Assembly: GCA_964428845.1 (NCBI GenBank)
Contig: CAYRZH010000001.1
Span: forward strand, 138,990-202,989
DNA length: 64,000 bases
Source: an uncultured Candidatus Saccharibacteria bacterium
Lineage (GTDB): Bacteria; Patescibacteriota; Minisyncoccia; Phycocordibacterales; DATGWK01
Reading direction: 5' to 3'
How positions within the stretch are numbered: the stretch's first letter is position 1; each line of letters begins with the position of its first letter. Below the pieces are notes generated by a model. That model was not told where the DNA came from. It ran no database searches and saw only the letters and a list, made by a program, of their open reading frames with translations. Of the stretch, positions 30,501-39,500 are shown piece by piece. Made by a program: the position numbers and the translations under genes.

Positions 30501-31415
30501 CGTGGTCACTGGACCACCCTCCCTGGTATTACTTTGGCACCGTCTTACCTCCTGTCCTTTGTTCCAAGAGAAACACGCCCTGAAATCCTCGATGCTCCCA
30601 AAGAGCCTCGTGTAGCAATACTACGAGAGGAAGGGACAAATGGAGATCGGGAAATGGCCGCCGCATGTGCGGCTGCAGGTCTTGTCCCATGGGATGTCAC
30701 CATGAGTGATCTTCTTTCAGGCGAAATCGACCTGGATCATTTTCAAGGTGTTATTTTCCCCGGGGGCTTCTCCTACATGGATGTTTTCGATAGTGCTAAG
30801 GGTTGGGCAGGAACAATTCTTTTTAACGCAAAGTTGAGAGAAATGTTCGACCGTTTCTACACTCGTGATGACACGTTCTCACTTGGTGTATGTAATGGTT
30901 GCCAGCTCATGACTCTTTTGGGATGGGTCCCATGGAGGGGGATCGAAAGCGCAAAACAACCGAGGTTTGTTCACAACACTTCGGGTCGGTTCGAATCTCG
31001 ATGGACGCAGGTAGAAGTGCTACCGAGCCCGTCGGTGCTTCTTGCTGGCATGGCGGGTTCGAAGATCGGTGTGTGGGTGGCTCACGGCGAAGGACGGCTA
31101 GTCTACCCAGATCAATCAATTCAAACACAGGTCATCGAGCGTGAGCTCGCACCACTTGCGTTTCTCGATCCGTTTGGCTGTAGGACAGAAGAGTATCCGT
31201 ACAATCCGAATGGTTCGCCAGGCGGGATTACGGCACTCTGTTCTGTTGATGGTCGGCATTTGGCTCTGATGCCTCATCCCGAACGCTGCTTCCGTTTGTG
31301 GCAGTGGCCGTGGGTGCCGCCCTCGTTGGGGACTCTCGAAGCTTCTCCTTGGCTTCGGATGTTCCAGAATGCTCGGGCGTGGTGCATGAAACAACGATCT
31401 CGAGTTCTGTTTTGA
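27558..31415 (+). CDS. purL: Large monomeric phosphoribosylformylglycinamidine synthase
   Basis: NSEHSRH, ETHNHPT, HDQGAGG, GGKDSLSM, HDRSDGG; glutaminase GVCNGCQ and MPHPER; 1285 aa. Confidence 0.97.
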   Translation: MIQALYRRINSGLEFGFYVETTGPLSDQELAKLHWLVAETFEPDSTRFEPHFAAGDVVEIGSRLSIETPFSSNAVAICRAIGLASVTRLERTRRYLVGDSTPSDIFRKHLDRMTEQHYPDGIKSFDTGVVPDDVKIVDLNGGGEDALREVNKTLGLGMDEWDIGYYHNLFVRVLHRNPSDVELLQLGNANSEHSRHWFFKGHLVIDGTPIGNTLLDIVQRPLQMLGDDNGSLVAFRDNAGVIRGFTTNAILPVAPGRVSELGVYAVTIHSTCTAETHNHPTSVAPFPGAQTGSGGRIRDNSAVGRGGVTGFGIAGYFVGNLFIPDYEIPGEVVGRNRPSKYASPLDILIGGSNGISTYGNEFGEPLTMGFTRSFGQIVGDEWREPRKPVLYSAGVGHLFEENLSKEEPEIGMLIVRIGGPAYPIGVGGGSASSMMQGQNSEQLDFNSVQRGNPEMENRANRVIRACVEMGEDNPISSIHDQGAGGPSNVLTELMAPEGGPVDIRKITLGDKTMSVLQIWSAEFQEGYGLLVRPDGIEAFQSICRRERVNCEVLGKITGNESVVVWDSTNGQILVDLKLDHILTGMPQKKFESSSRSQIFSPLVLPDMTVGQAIEKVFRLPSVGSKAFLVHKVDRHVTGLVAQQQCCGIAQIPIADVSVGAQSHFGLTGSAAAIGEQPIKMLIDPMVGARMAVAEMLTNMASVRVSGIGRIRCRANWMWPAKMPHEGALLHSAATAMSDLMVELGIAVDGGKDSLSMVATVPGGSGKPGELVKSPGSLVILGYAPVPDITKKVTPDIKKPGASLLVLIDLGQGKNRLGGSALAQAHNQLGNESPDVDDPRLLRNAFLAVQKMIDKGLLLALHDRSDGGLITTVAEMCMASRCGFDLEVKNAQGALAQLFSEELGFVIEVGVENANQVQEICDSFGIPFSIIGMTTPRSRCRVCVGSEVLWRSTIYKLRTLWEATSTRIEALQMNPECAGEESRGHWTTLPGITLAPSYLLSFVPRETRPEILDAPKEPRVAILREEGTNGDREMAAACAAAGLVPWDVTMSDLLSGEIDLDHFQGVIFPGGFSYMDVFDSAKGWAGTILFNAKLREMFDRFYTRDDTFSLGVCNGCQLMTLLGWVPWRGIESAKQPRFVHNTSGRFESRWTQVEVLPSPSVLLAGMAGSKIGVWVAHGEGRLVYPDQSIQTQVIERELAPLAFLDPFGCRTEEYPYNPNGSPGGITALCSVDGRHLALMPHPERCFRLWQWPWVPPSLGTLEASPWLRMFQNARAWCMKQRSRVLF

Positions 31416-31424
31416 AAGCAAACC

Positions 31425-31460
31425 GACCCCTTGCGCTGGTGCGCGAGGGGTCTTTATTTG
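31425..31460 (+). terminator. Intrinsic terminator after purL
   Basis: gaccccttgcgc-tggt-gcgcgaggggtc then T-rich tract. Confidence 0.8.
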
Positions 31461-31572
31461 TTTTTAAATTGTGTTTTCCTATAAGCGTTTTTGTGGTATT
31501 AATATGCCAGTCTCTCTGTTGAGAGGAAACCTAATCCGCTGGTTAAGCGGAATGTTCTTTGAGGAGATAAAA

Positions 31573-32772
31573 ATGAGATCTGGTGCTGTGCTTTTGAGAA
31601 GGAAAGTGTGCCATATCCTAGGCGATGCTGGTATTACCGTCGGTGGTTCTGATCCTTGGGATGTCCAGGTACACGACGAGAGATTCTTCAGGCAGGTCGC
31701 CTTCGGTGGTCTACTTGGTCTTGGTGATGCGTACGTGAACGGTCTCTGGGATTGTGTTGCCCTCGACCAGTTTTTTGATCGAGCTCTTCGCGCTGGCCTC
31801 CTGGATTGGACAAGGTGGGCGCCGTCGGCGGTCTTGGACCGAGCCAAGCATCGACTTCTGGACATGCAGAATCCTGCTCGGGCTCGACGTAACAGCGGTT
31901 TCCATTACGATCTAAGCAATACTCTGTTCGAGTACATGCTTGGCCAATACATGCAGTACACCTGTGCGTACTGGTTGGAAGACACAAGGGATCTCGAGGT
32001 TGCGCAACGAATCAAGCTCCAGATGGTCTGTGACAAGCTTGATCTCCGGCCTGGCATGAGAGTGCTTGATATGGGCTGTGGTTGGGGCGGGCTCGCAGCA
32101 TTCATGGTGGAGCATTATGACGTGCAAGTTGTCGGGATCAATCTGTCAGAGGCCCAGATCAATTTTGCCAGAGGGAGGTTCGGGCATTCCGGAGATGTCA
32201 CCTTCGAGTACTGCGACTACAGAGACGCCGCTCACTGGGGCAAGTTCGACCGTGTCGTCGCGGTTGGGCTGGGGGAGCATGTTGGTGCAAGACACTACCG
32301 GACGTGGATGAAGGTCATCGAGTGCTGTCTGAAGCCTGACGGCCTCGCTCTTCTCCATATGTTCGGCCGGCACGACACGGGGGTTCCACTTCTTGATCCC
32401 TGGACCAGGCGCTATGTATTCCCTGGTGCCGAACTTCCCACTCTGGAGCAGCTTACGCGCGCCGCGAGGGGAAGGTTCAGGGTCGCTGACGTCCATGAGT
32501 TTGGTTCTCATTACGACCCAACTCTCATGGGTTGGCATAGAAACTTCATCCAGAATTGGGATAAGATTTCCCCATCGCTCGATCTCCAGAGATTTTCCTA
32601 TCGTGGTTGGAGCTACTACCTGCTATCCGCTGCTGGGGCATTCCGTGCTGGAGTCATCCCTCTGCGGCAGATAGTACTTCTTGGGCCAAAGGCTAAGCCC
32701 TATACCTCCGTCCGTCCTGGAACGCGGCGGCAGGTGCCGGCTGCGGTTGAAGCGCATCGTGTGGGAGTCTGA
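31573..32772 (+). CDS. cfa: Cyclopropane-fatty-acyl-phospholipid synthase
   Basis: HYDLSN, MQYTCAYW, VLDMGCGWGG, EHVG, YVFPG, HYDPTLMGW; GAGGAG SD. Confidence 0.95.
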   Translation: MRSGAVLLRRKVCHILGDAGITVGGSDPWDVQVHDERFFRQVAFGGLLGLGDAYVNGLWDCVALDQFFDRALRAGLLDWTRWAPSAVLDRAKHRLLDMQNPARARRNSGFHYDLSNTLFEYMLGQYMQYTCAYWLEDTRDLEVAQRIKLQMVCDKLDLRPGMRVLDMGCGWGGLAAFMVEHYDVQVVGINLSEAQINFARGRFGHSGDVTFEYCDYRDAAHWGKFDRVVAVGLGEHVGARHYRTWMKVIECCLKPDGLALLHMFGRHDTGVPLLDPWTRRYVFPGAELPTLEQLTRAARGRFRVADVHEFGSHYDPTLMGWHRNFIQNWDKISPSLDLQRFSYRGWSYYLLSAAGAFRAGVIPLRQIVLLGPKAKPYTSVRPGTRRQVPAAVEAHRVGV

Positions 32773-32800
32773 TTTATCTCTGTGTTGGTTTGCCTTATAG

Positions 32801-32833
32801 ACACCACCCGAAGATGGGTGGTGTTTTTCTTTT
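32801..32833 (+). terminator. Intrinsic terminator after cfa
   Basis: acaccaccc-gaagat-gggtggtgt then ttttctttt. Confidence 0.85.
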
Positions 32834-32855
32834 GGTAAGAAAATATTTAATGCGG
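32823..32855 (+). repeat. 33-bp direct repeat copy 1 (attL-like junction)
   Basis: gtttttcttttggtaagaaaatatttaatgcgg is identical to 34441-34473; continues as gcggaggaggtg (32852-32863) = 59767-59778 in tRNA-Ser. Confidence 0.95.
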
Positions 32856-33018
32856 AGGAGGTGTCCCGAAATTCGAACCGAAAATACGGCCTGATTTCGG
32901 GACGCTTGATAAAAGAATACAGGAATTGAGGGCTATGTATAAAGCTCACCCGGAGTGGTTTGAGGTGCCGCACCCTAAGTCTTTTAAAGTTAAAAACGAG
33001 GTCGATTACTCGATCTAG
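32854..33018 (+). pseudogene. Orphan recombinase C-terminal tail 1 (54 codons)
   Basis: GGGVPKFEPKIRPDFGTLDKRIQELRAMYKAHPEWFEVP...; in frame with the recombinase across the att core; in-frame stop just upstream. Confidence 0.75.
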
Positions 33019-33028
33019 TTCCCAATAG

Positions 33029-33853
33029 CTATTTGGCACTAGAGGCTTTCCAGAGAGTATCGAAGTTTTTCTTAAAGTTGTCTGCCAAATGTTTATTCGT
33101 AATTTGTATGCCGACGAGATTATTTTTCTCCATCGACAGAATAGCGATTGTGTCTCCAATGATATATAGGGCAAATTGATGTATGGCGTTCTCGGCTGGC
33201 AGGAATTTGTACTTGAATGCTTTTTGAGATGCATAATATTTACCCTTACTTTTTTCGAGCTTTGAAAAATTAACGAGCAGCTTTGTTTGCATGTTCTTCT
33301 CGACGGCCCAACGTCTTACCAGGTCGCTCCATTCTTGTTTAAAGGAAAACTCCCATTCAGACTGCCAGATAAACTCGTCTCGCAAAAGATATCGGGTTGA
33401 ATTCTTAGGAGCCTGGCGCATCATTGAAAGATAAATCTTCTTGAGACCTTCCTGGCCTTCGAAGAATATAATTTGTGGTATTTGTATATCGGAACGCCCA
33501 AAGAATTGGGCGGCATCTTTGAGCGACTCAACCAACTTGAACTTCTTATCTAGAGTCTCTTTCTCTTTCTTTAGTAATTGTTCGAGGGCGCTTTGATCCT
33601 GGGCAATAAACTGCTTCACGTCATTTTTATAAGTGGTGCCCACTAGTCCCTTGCTGATGAGGGTACTCAAGGTCGTATAAACACTGCTACGCGAAAGGCT
33701 ACATTTCTTGGCAATGAAAGTGGCACTTGCTGGGGAAGTAGCCAGGAGAGTCCCATATACAAGAGCCTCATATTCTCCTAAACCCAGGCCCTTTAATTGT
33801 TCGGTTAGCTGTTCCATAAGAGTGTTGTCGGAAGTGTACGACATATTGAACAA
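33029..33853 (-). CDS. TrmB-family transcriptional regulator
   Basis: LGLGEYEALVYGTLL..SRSSVYTTL..KGLV HTH; FFEGQEGLKKIY; F..LW end. Confidence 0.88.
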   Translation of the reverse strand: MFNMSYTSDNTLMEQLTEQLKGLGLGEYEALVYGTLLATSPASATFIAKKCSLSRSSVYTTLSTLISKGLVGTTYKNDVKQFIAQDQSALEQLLKKEKETLDKKFKLVESLKDAAQFFGRSDIQIPQIIFFEGQEGLKKIYLSMMRQAPKNSTRYLLRDEFIWQSEWEFSFKQEWSDLVRRWAVEKNMQTKLLVNFSKLEKSKGKYYASQKAFKYKFLPAENAIHQFALYIIGDTIAILSMEKNNLVGIQITNKHLADNFKKNFDTLWKASSAK

Positions 33854-33910
33854 AGATTCAAGAAAGCAGACACTTATAACAGACCTAGAACATTAACAAG
33901 GAGAAACGTC

Positions 33911-34402
33911 ATGTTAGATCTTTTACACAAAGCTGAACTCGCACTCCCGACCCTGCTTCGCGACGAAGCGAAATGGAAAAGCATATTCGTCGACTATCAT
34001 GCACCGTTCGTAGAACGCCTGTGGTGTGGGTGGCACGAAATCCGCATCTATCTCCACCGGATTCATTCGTGCGGTGTTGGAGAAGCCCTCTTCCATCCTC
34101 ACCCATGGCCTTCAGCGATGAAAGTATTGGAGGGTGGCTACGAAATGGCTATCGGGTATGGTAAAGGCGAAACCGAACCTCCGGTAGCTGCACGCTTGAT
34201 ACTTGGAGCTGGATCAGAGTACGAGATGACCGATCCTGATGGGTGGCACTATGTACGTCCGCTCAATACTCCGAGCATCTCACTAATGGTGACTGGTAAA
34301 CCGTGGGCGAGAATTTCGCCGAAAAGCGACAAGCCTCTCTCGGAACTTGCACCAGAAAAGAGACGAGAAATTCTCAAGTTCTTCCAGGCGCGCTATAGGT
34401 AA
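33911..34402 (+). CDS. Cupin-fold protein
   Basis: YLHRI..FHPHPW..GGYE..WHYV..SLMVTG; AGGAG SD. Confidence 0.75.
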   Translation: MLDLLHKAELALPTLLRDEAKWKSIFVDYHAPFVERLWCGWHEIRIYLHRIHSCGVGEALFHPHPWPSAMKVLEGGYEMAIGYGKGETEPPVAARLILGAGSEYEMTDPDGWHYVRPLNTPSISLMVTGKPWARISPKSDKPLSELAPEKRREILKFFQARYR

Positions 34403-34416
34403 GGCGTCAAATCATT

Positions 34417-34451
34417 ACTCTCGCATGGCGACATGTGGGAGTTTTTCTTTT
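34417..34451 (+). terminator. Intrinsic terminator after the cupin gene
   Basis: actctcgcatg-gcga-catgtgggagt then ttttctttt. Confidence 0.75.
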
Positions 34452-34473
34452 GGTAAGAAAATATTTAATGCGG
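34441..34473 (+). repeat. 33-bp direct repeat copy 2 (second attL-like junction)
   Basis: Identical to 32823-32855. Confidence 0.95.
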
Positions 34474-34624
34474 TGACGATTGGCGGAACTTTGAACCGAT
34501 TTCACGGCCTAGAACAACAGTTTCCTTCAATCGTATAGGTAGAATTGTAAAGGAAATGCGCCGAATTCACAAGGAAAATCCTGCCTATTTTGACGTTCCG
34601 GCTTTCGCCCAGAAGGTCTACTAA
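34472..34624 (+). pseudogene. Orphan recombinase C-terminal tail 2 (50 codons)
   Basis: GDDWRNFEPISRPRTTVSFNRIGRIVKEMRRIHKENPAYFDVP...; homologous to tail 1 with FEP at the same offset from the junction. Confidence 0.75.
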
Positions 34625-34650
34625 GGCAGGATTTCCGCAAGCTTTAGCGA

Positions 34651-34866
34651 TTATTCCTGTCCTCTGGCAATGTCGTTCTCGATCAATTTCTGCTCTTTTA
34701 GGTATCTGGAGACCGAATACCACGCCGCATTGATCACCGGGATCAGTAACGCCCATCGAGGGTCGTTCTGAGCGTAAGCGATCAGTATCGGCAGGATTGC
34801 AGACACTGCGGAGTAAAAGAACACGACTACAAGGTGCTTTAAGGCTTCTTTTGTTGGTGTTGTCAT
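34651..34866 (-). CDS. Holin-like two-TM protein
   Basis: 71 aa, two hydrophobic helices, charged C-terminus, next to the amidase. Confidence 0.65.
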   Translation of the reverse strand: MTTPTKEALKHLVVVFFYSAVSAILPILIAYAQNDPRWALLIPVINAAWYSVSRYLKEQKLIENDIARGQE

Positions 34867-34871
34867 AGTGG

Positions 34872-35438
34872 TTAAAATGCTCGCTTAATAATTGCCAATC
34901 CCTCCTCGATTTTCCTCACACCGTCCTCGACGGACAGATTGGTTGTTTGTTGGCCGGCAAGCGCGACTAGCTCGTCGATGATCGCTTTGTTACTTGCCGG
35001 GCAGTTTGGTTTCTTTGAGAAAATCTCAAAGTGGCCAACGATGTGATTCCGGTCGATTGGAATCTGCCATCGCTGGCAAATCTCTCGGATCAGGTTTGCA
35101 CTTACTCTTTTCATTTCCTCTGTCCATTGGTCATTAGGCCTTCCCTCATGCTCAATCCCGATCGTGTATAGGTTCGGGTTTAGGTTCGGTCTTATAAGTT
35201 TCCAGACCGGTGCATCGACACGGCCAGCGTGCCACGCGGTATCATTTTCTTGCACGTATTGGTGGACTTCGCCGCTCTTTCCGATTCCGTAGTGTGCGCT
35301 TACTTGCGAAGTGTGGTTTGCAAACCACGAGTCAGTGCCGGCTAGTGTTCCATCCATGATGTGGATGACAATTGCTTCAGGACGGTAACCTTTGCGACCG
35401 ACCCAGAAGTTTGGTGATTTCTTTTGGATGATTTCCAT
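34872..35438 (-). CDS. N-acetylmuramoyl-L-alanine amidase (phage endolysin)
   Basis: IVIH, SAHY, AWHAG, IGIEH, GH..K.CP Amidase_2 motifs. Confidence 0.93.
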   Translation of the reverse strand: MEIIQKKSPNFWVGRKGYRPEAIVIHIMDGTLAGTDSWFANHTSQVSAHYGIGKSGEVHQYVQENDTAWHAGRVDAPVWKLIRPNLNPNLYTIGIEHEGRPNDQWTEEMKRVSANLIREICQRWQIPIDRNHIVGHFEIFSKKPNCPASNKAIIDELVALAGQQTTNLSVEDGVRKIEEGLAIIKRAF

Positions 35439-35442
35439 AAGT

Positions 35443-35667
35443 TTATTTGTTGATGGTTAGTAGTAAGTTAATAATTGCTGTGATCAGACCTCCCACTGAC
35501 GCCGTAGCAATGATCCAGAAAAATCGTTTGAGCCAGTCAACGTCGGTTCCTACTTTCGCTAGATCGGCCAGCATATGTGTCAGGTGATTATCCTTAATTT
35601 CGTTTACGGTCTTTTCGACTCGATCAAGTCGTTCGTCCTGCAATTTGTTTTGGTAGTCATTTTCCAT
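35443..35667 (-). CDS. Phage coiled-coil + C-terminal TM protein (XhlA/holin-like)
   Basis: RLDRVEKTV coiled coil, then WLKRFFWIIA hydrophobic tail. Confidence 0.65.
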   Translation of the reverse strand: MENDYQNKLQDERLDRVEKTVNEIKDNHLTHMLADLAKVGTDVDWLKRFFWIIATASVGGLITAIINLLLTINK

Positions 35668-35672
35668 GTGCG

Positions 35673-38120
35673 TTATTTCGGGACATATACCGAGTCGAAT
35701 CTGTTGATGAGGCCTCTGCTTTCCAATTCCTCCTCGAGTCGGTCTTGAATGTCTCGATCACGCCAGAACTTTTCTTTTTCCATATCGACTGACTTTGCTT
35801 TTGCACCGACGAGTCCATAAAGAAACTTAATGACGCCAGACGTGTTGTCATCCGAGAGCTTGCCAGCTGTGGTATAGAAGCGACCAAGAGCGGTGTTCAG
35901 GAAGTGGAGCTTATAAGCATTGGCTCGATAGCTCACATCGCCGTTTTTATTCTTATGCTCAGAAACCTCGAGCCAGTCACGCAGTCCTGGGACGGCATTC
36001 ACGAACGGATAAACACGGCTTCCTTCTTTGATCGGCTCACCAGTGAATAGGTTCTGGCCGGTGGCCGCTTCGATTGGATACTTCAAGATCGGTGAAAGTT
36101 CGCCGACCATGCTCGCCAGCGTTCGCCGTGGGCTTCCTTTATAGAGTCGGTTGATATCCTCGACCGGCAACCCCAGACCGTAGAGGTATTGCGAGAATCC
36201 GTTTTTCTCACCAAGTCGGACCGGCAATCCCTCTCGCATGTACGGAGGCAGATACTGGAATTCCTCTTTGGCTTTTTCTTTGTCGACTTGGAGGTTGTCT
36301 ACAAACTTACCGATGGCGGCGTATTTACCCGGTTGCTTCACCATTTGCTCTAGCTGAAGCGGAATGTTGCCACGAGTCCATCGGTAGAACGGCAACAGTC
36401 GCTTCATAATGTTTTGCTCGAACGGTGCGAGTGCCTCTGGTGCGTAGTCGAAGTGGAACTGGAACACCGACTTTGCGGCTTGCTCAGGTGCATCACCCTT
36501 GATCAAGCGATCGACGAAGAGAGGCAGACGCAATCGGTTCTCGGTGATCTCCATTGCGTTTTTTGGCAGATCCATGAGCTTGCCGACTGCACCTTTGCCC
36601 ACGTCTTTTTCGACTTCACGCATCACATCCAAGTAACCAGGCTGTCCTACTACTCCCAGTTTCTCGGCAAGTTCTTTTATTTGCTGGTAGGTGTATTTCG
36701 TCCCCAGTGTGGTTGTGATCGATCCTTTAGCACCCCGAGCGATTTGATCTCCTTGCAGATATCGTGCAGGATTTTTGACTCCAGCTATAAAGTTATTGAA
36801 AACTCCACCGATCGAGTTTCGAACGTGGAATGCTGGAAACCATCCGGTCACTGATCCTTTCCAGAATCCAAGAGCTTTGTCGTAGATTTTAAGAAAGCCC
36901 TTTGTCGCCTCATCGCTTGTCAGCACTTTATAGGTTTCCTCAACGTGCTTCACGATCTGTTCGGGCAAAAGTACGCCTTTGAGTTGAGGCACGGTGCTTT
37001 CGACATATCGCATTCCATTATCGAAGATCGGCTTGGCGGTTTCTTTTTTCACCATCTGTCCGCTTATCGGATGCTTGAATTCTTTGGTGATCATTTCTGC
37101 TTGCTTACCAAACTGCTTGCCGACGTCGGTTAGGAAGTCATAGGTATTCACGGCTTTGATGTGCTCGGCTTTGCGAGCACCGAACGCTTTGAATGCGTCT
37201 TGCTCAAAGAGCTTCACGCCGTGAGTCTTGCGGAAGTAATTATTGATATTTACGATCGTGTCATCGAGGTTTCTTTCTTTTGCGAACGGAGTGCTTACTC
37301 TCGTCTTTTGCAGAAGCTCTTGTGCAACGTCAGTATTCTTTACGAGAAACTCACGACCCTCCGGTGTCAGGTAGTGACGCAAATAATCCGGAAGTTCGGT
37401 ATCAAGGAGTCCTCGCTCTTTTTCCAAAGATGCAAAGCGTTTATGTTCTCCTTGGATGCGACCGATGATACTGTCGATGACGCTGTTTCTTTTGGCGGCG
37501 ACTTGCTCGACTCCATCGGCCGCCTTTGCAGGAATATCCGCCATTCCCTCGATCAATCGGCCGACTCTAGTACCAGCATCTTTTCCGAGTTCTTTTTTCG
37601 CGGTCTTACCCAGCTCAATCGCTTCATCGGCGGCTTTTCCGACTTCGGATCGGGTTGCTTTAGTAAATTGTGAAAACTTATCCACATAGTCCTCGCCGAT
37701 TCGTTCGGGCAGGTCTTTGATGCTTTTAAACGGTACGAATGCTTTACCAGCAAGGTCTTTTGCACTCTCGTACAATTTGCCGACTACCGGTGTTTTTTCT
37801 GCGATCCAATCGGCCGCCTTGAATGGTGCGGTGACCGCACTTCGAGGCAACACTTGAACACCAGCAACTTTGAGACCCCCTTTGGCCAGTAACTTTTCGC
37901 CTCCTGCCGCAAGTACCTTTTCAGCAAGGGTTTTTCGTGCGGCTGTTTCGCCGACTTCTAGGATTGATTTCTTAAGAAGTGACGTCCCGGTCTTACTTAA
38001 TATGACTGTACCGGCTTTAGTTGCGAGTTTCGCACCGGCCCCGTAGCCGAATGTGATGTAGGTTGTCGGATCAAGCAGGATATCTGCGATAAATCCACCG
38101 ACTTTGCTTTTGATACCAAG
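35673..38120 (-). pseudogene. Large phage virion/ejection-type protein, 5'-truncated
   Basis: Over 800 codons; DPTTY, FHVRNSIG, FHFDY..PFYRW, LSPILK..EAATG.NLFTG motifs; no credible start; abuts another truncated gene. Confidence 0.7.
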
Positions 38121-38948
38121 TGGGACGGTCTGCACACTCAAAAAATCACCGCTCTTGAAAAGCAGTGTACCCAGTTCACCGCCCTTTCCGGTGATCTCAT
38201 TAAGGCAGAAATTACAAACAGTCTCGATACTGACGCTCTTACTCAGAAGCTCAAAACTGCTTTCTCTGGCATGAATATCAAAGAAGAGAAGATCGATAAA
38301 ATCTGCCAGTGCTTGATGAAAGCCAGTGATCCGCTGGCCGAGTGGAACGGCATTTTGTCAGAACTTGAAAAGCTTGCTCTGCACTCTACGGAGGGACCCG
38401 AAGAAATGCCGGATACCCCGATTCTCAATAAGTGCAGTTTTATCGATACAGAACGCACAAGAATTGCGACAAGCTTTGACTCTGCACGATGGATCGATCT
38501 ATCTGTCGCAGAGCTTGAATTTAACCCCAAATTTTCTTACTGCACCAATAAAACAAAAAAGGACTATATCGGGTTTTCGGATGCATCAGCTGGCCAACAG
38601 GCAACAGCTTTGCTTACCGTCCTGTTGAACCAGCCGGGTGCGCCACTCATCATCGATCAGCCAGAAGACGATATCGACAGCAAAATGTTCAAAGATATCG
38701 TACAGCAGGTTTGGAGGGCTAAGAGTAAACGCCAGCTTATTTTTGCGAGCCACAGTGCGAACTTTGTCGTTAATGGTGATGCCGAGCTGGTGGTCTGTTG
38801 CGATTACATAAAGGCTGGTGACCAAACCCGTGGATCAATCAAAGCTATGGGTGCGATCGATAAAAAGGAAATCAAAGAAGAAATTATCCTCGTCACTGAG
38901 GGTGGACGTGACGCATTCAAATTGCGTATGGATCAATACGGATTCTAA
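38121..38948 (+). pseudogene. C-terminal fragment of an SMC/ABC-type ATPase (TrlF/PHP-AAA-like)
   Basis: SAGQQATALL signature, IIDQPEDD Walker B, FASHSAN, EGG..F..R; Walker A half absent; frame open upstream of 38271. Confidence 0.75.
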
Positions 38949-38968
38949 ATTTTGTATAATTAAGCAAT

Positions 38969-39406
38969 ATGCTTTCACAAATTCAAAAAGTAATAAAATT
39001 TCCCATAATCCTAGCTACTCTAGGTGTTCTTACTTTTGGATTTGTGTGTACGGGCATGGCAAGCCACGTTTCAATGCACGACGCAGACATGAATTCTACT
39101 GAGATAATAATATCAGGTGCTAATCAACAAGAATGTTGTAATACTAGCTTTTCTAAAAACATTGATACATGGAAGAACATTGTCTTAACAATTCCCGACA
39201 AGACACGAGATGCATTGTCACTACTCTTACTCGGACTGGTACTTGTTTTGGGATATAGTTGGGTGTCGCTCTGGAACCGGCGTCCTCCTATTGAGCTCGA
39301 TACGGGGCGGTTACGCCTCTACATCAGGGAAAATCCCAATCTGATACTTTTCAATCACCTGAAGCTCGCTTTTGCGCGCGGTATTCTCAATCCAAAAATC
39401 TACTAG
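38969..39406 (+). CDS. His/Cys-containing membrane leader-type protein
   Basis: Signal/TM, H..MH..M, CC, second TM, ends FARGILNPKIY; first gene of the island; followed by a hairpin. Confidence 0.7.
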   Translation: MLSQIQKVIKFPIILATLGVLTFGFVCTGMASHVSMHDADMNSTEIIISGANQQECCNTSFSKNIDTWKNIVLTIPDKTRDALSLLLLGLVLVLGYSWVSLWNRRPPIELDTGRLRLYIRENPNLILFNHLKLAFARGILNPKIY

Positions 39407-39500
39407 TGGGTTTTTAAACAGCGTTGATCCGTAGTAACGGATCGTCTTAACGCTGTTTTATATTATTCGCTTAATTACTTAAATCTAATCACAATTAATT

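Noticed and set aside
32823-34473. 33-bp repeat as a CRISPR array
   Set aside because: Only two copies 1.6 kb apart, no spacer periodicity and no cas genes; better explained as att junctions
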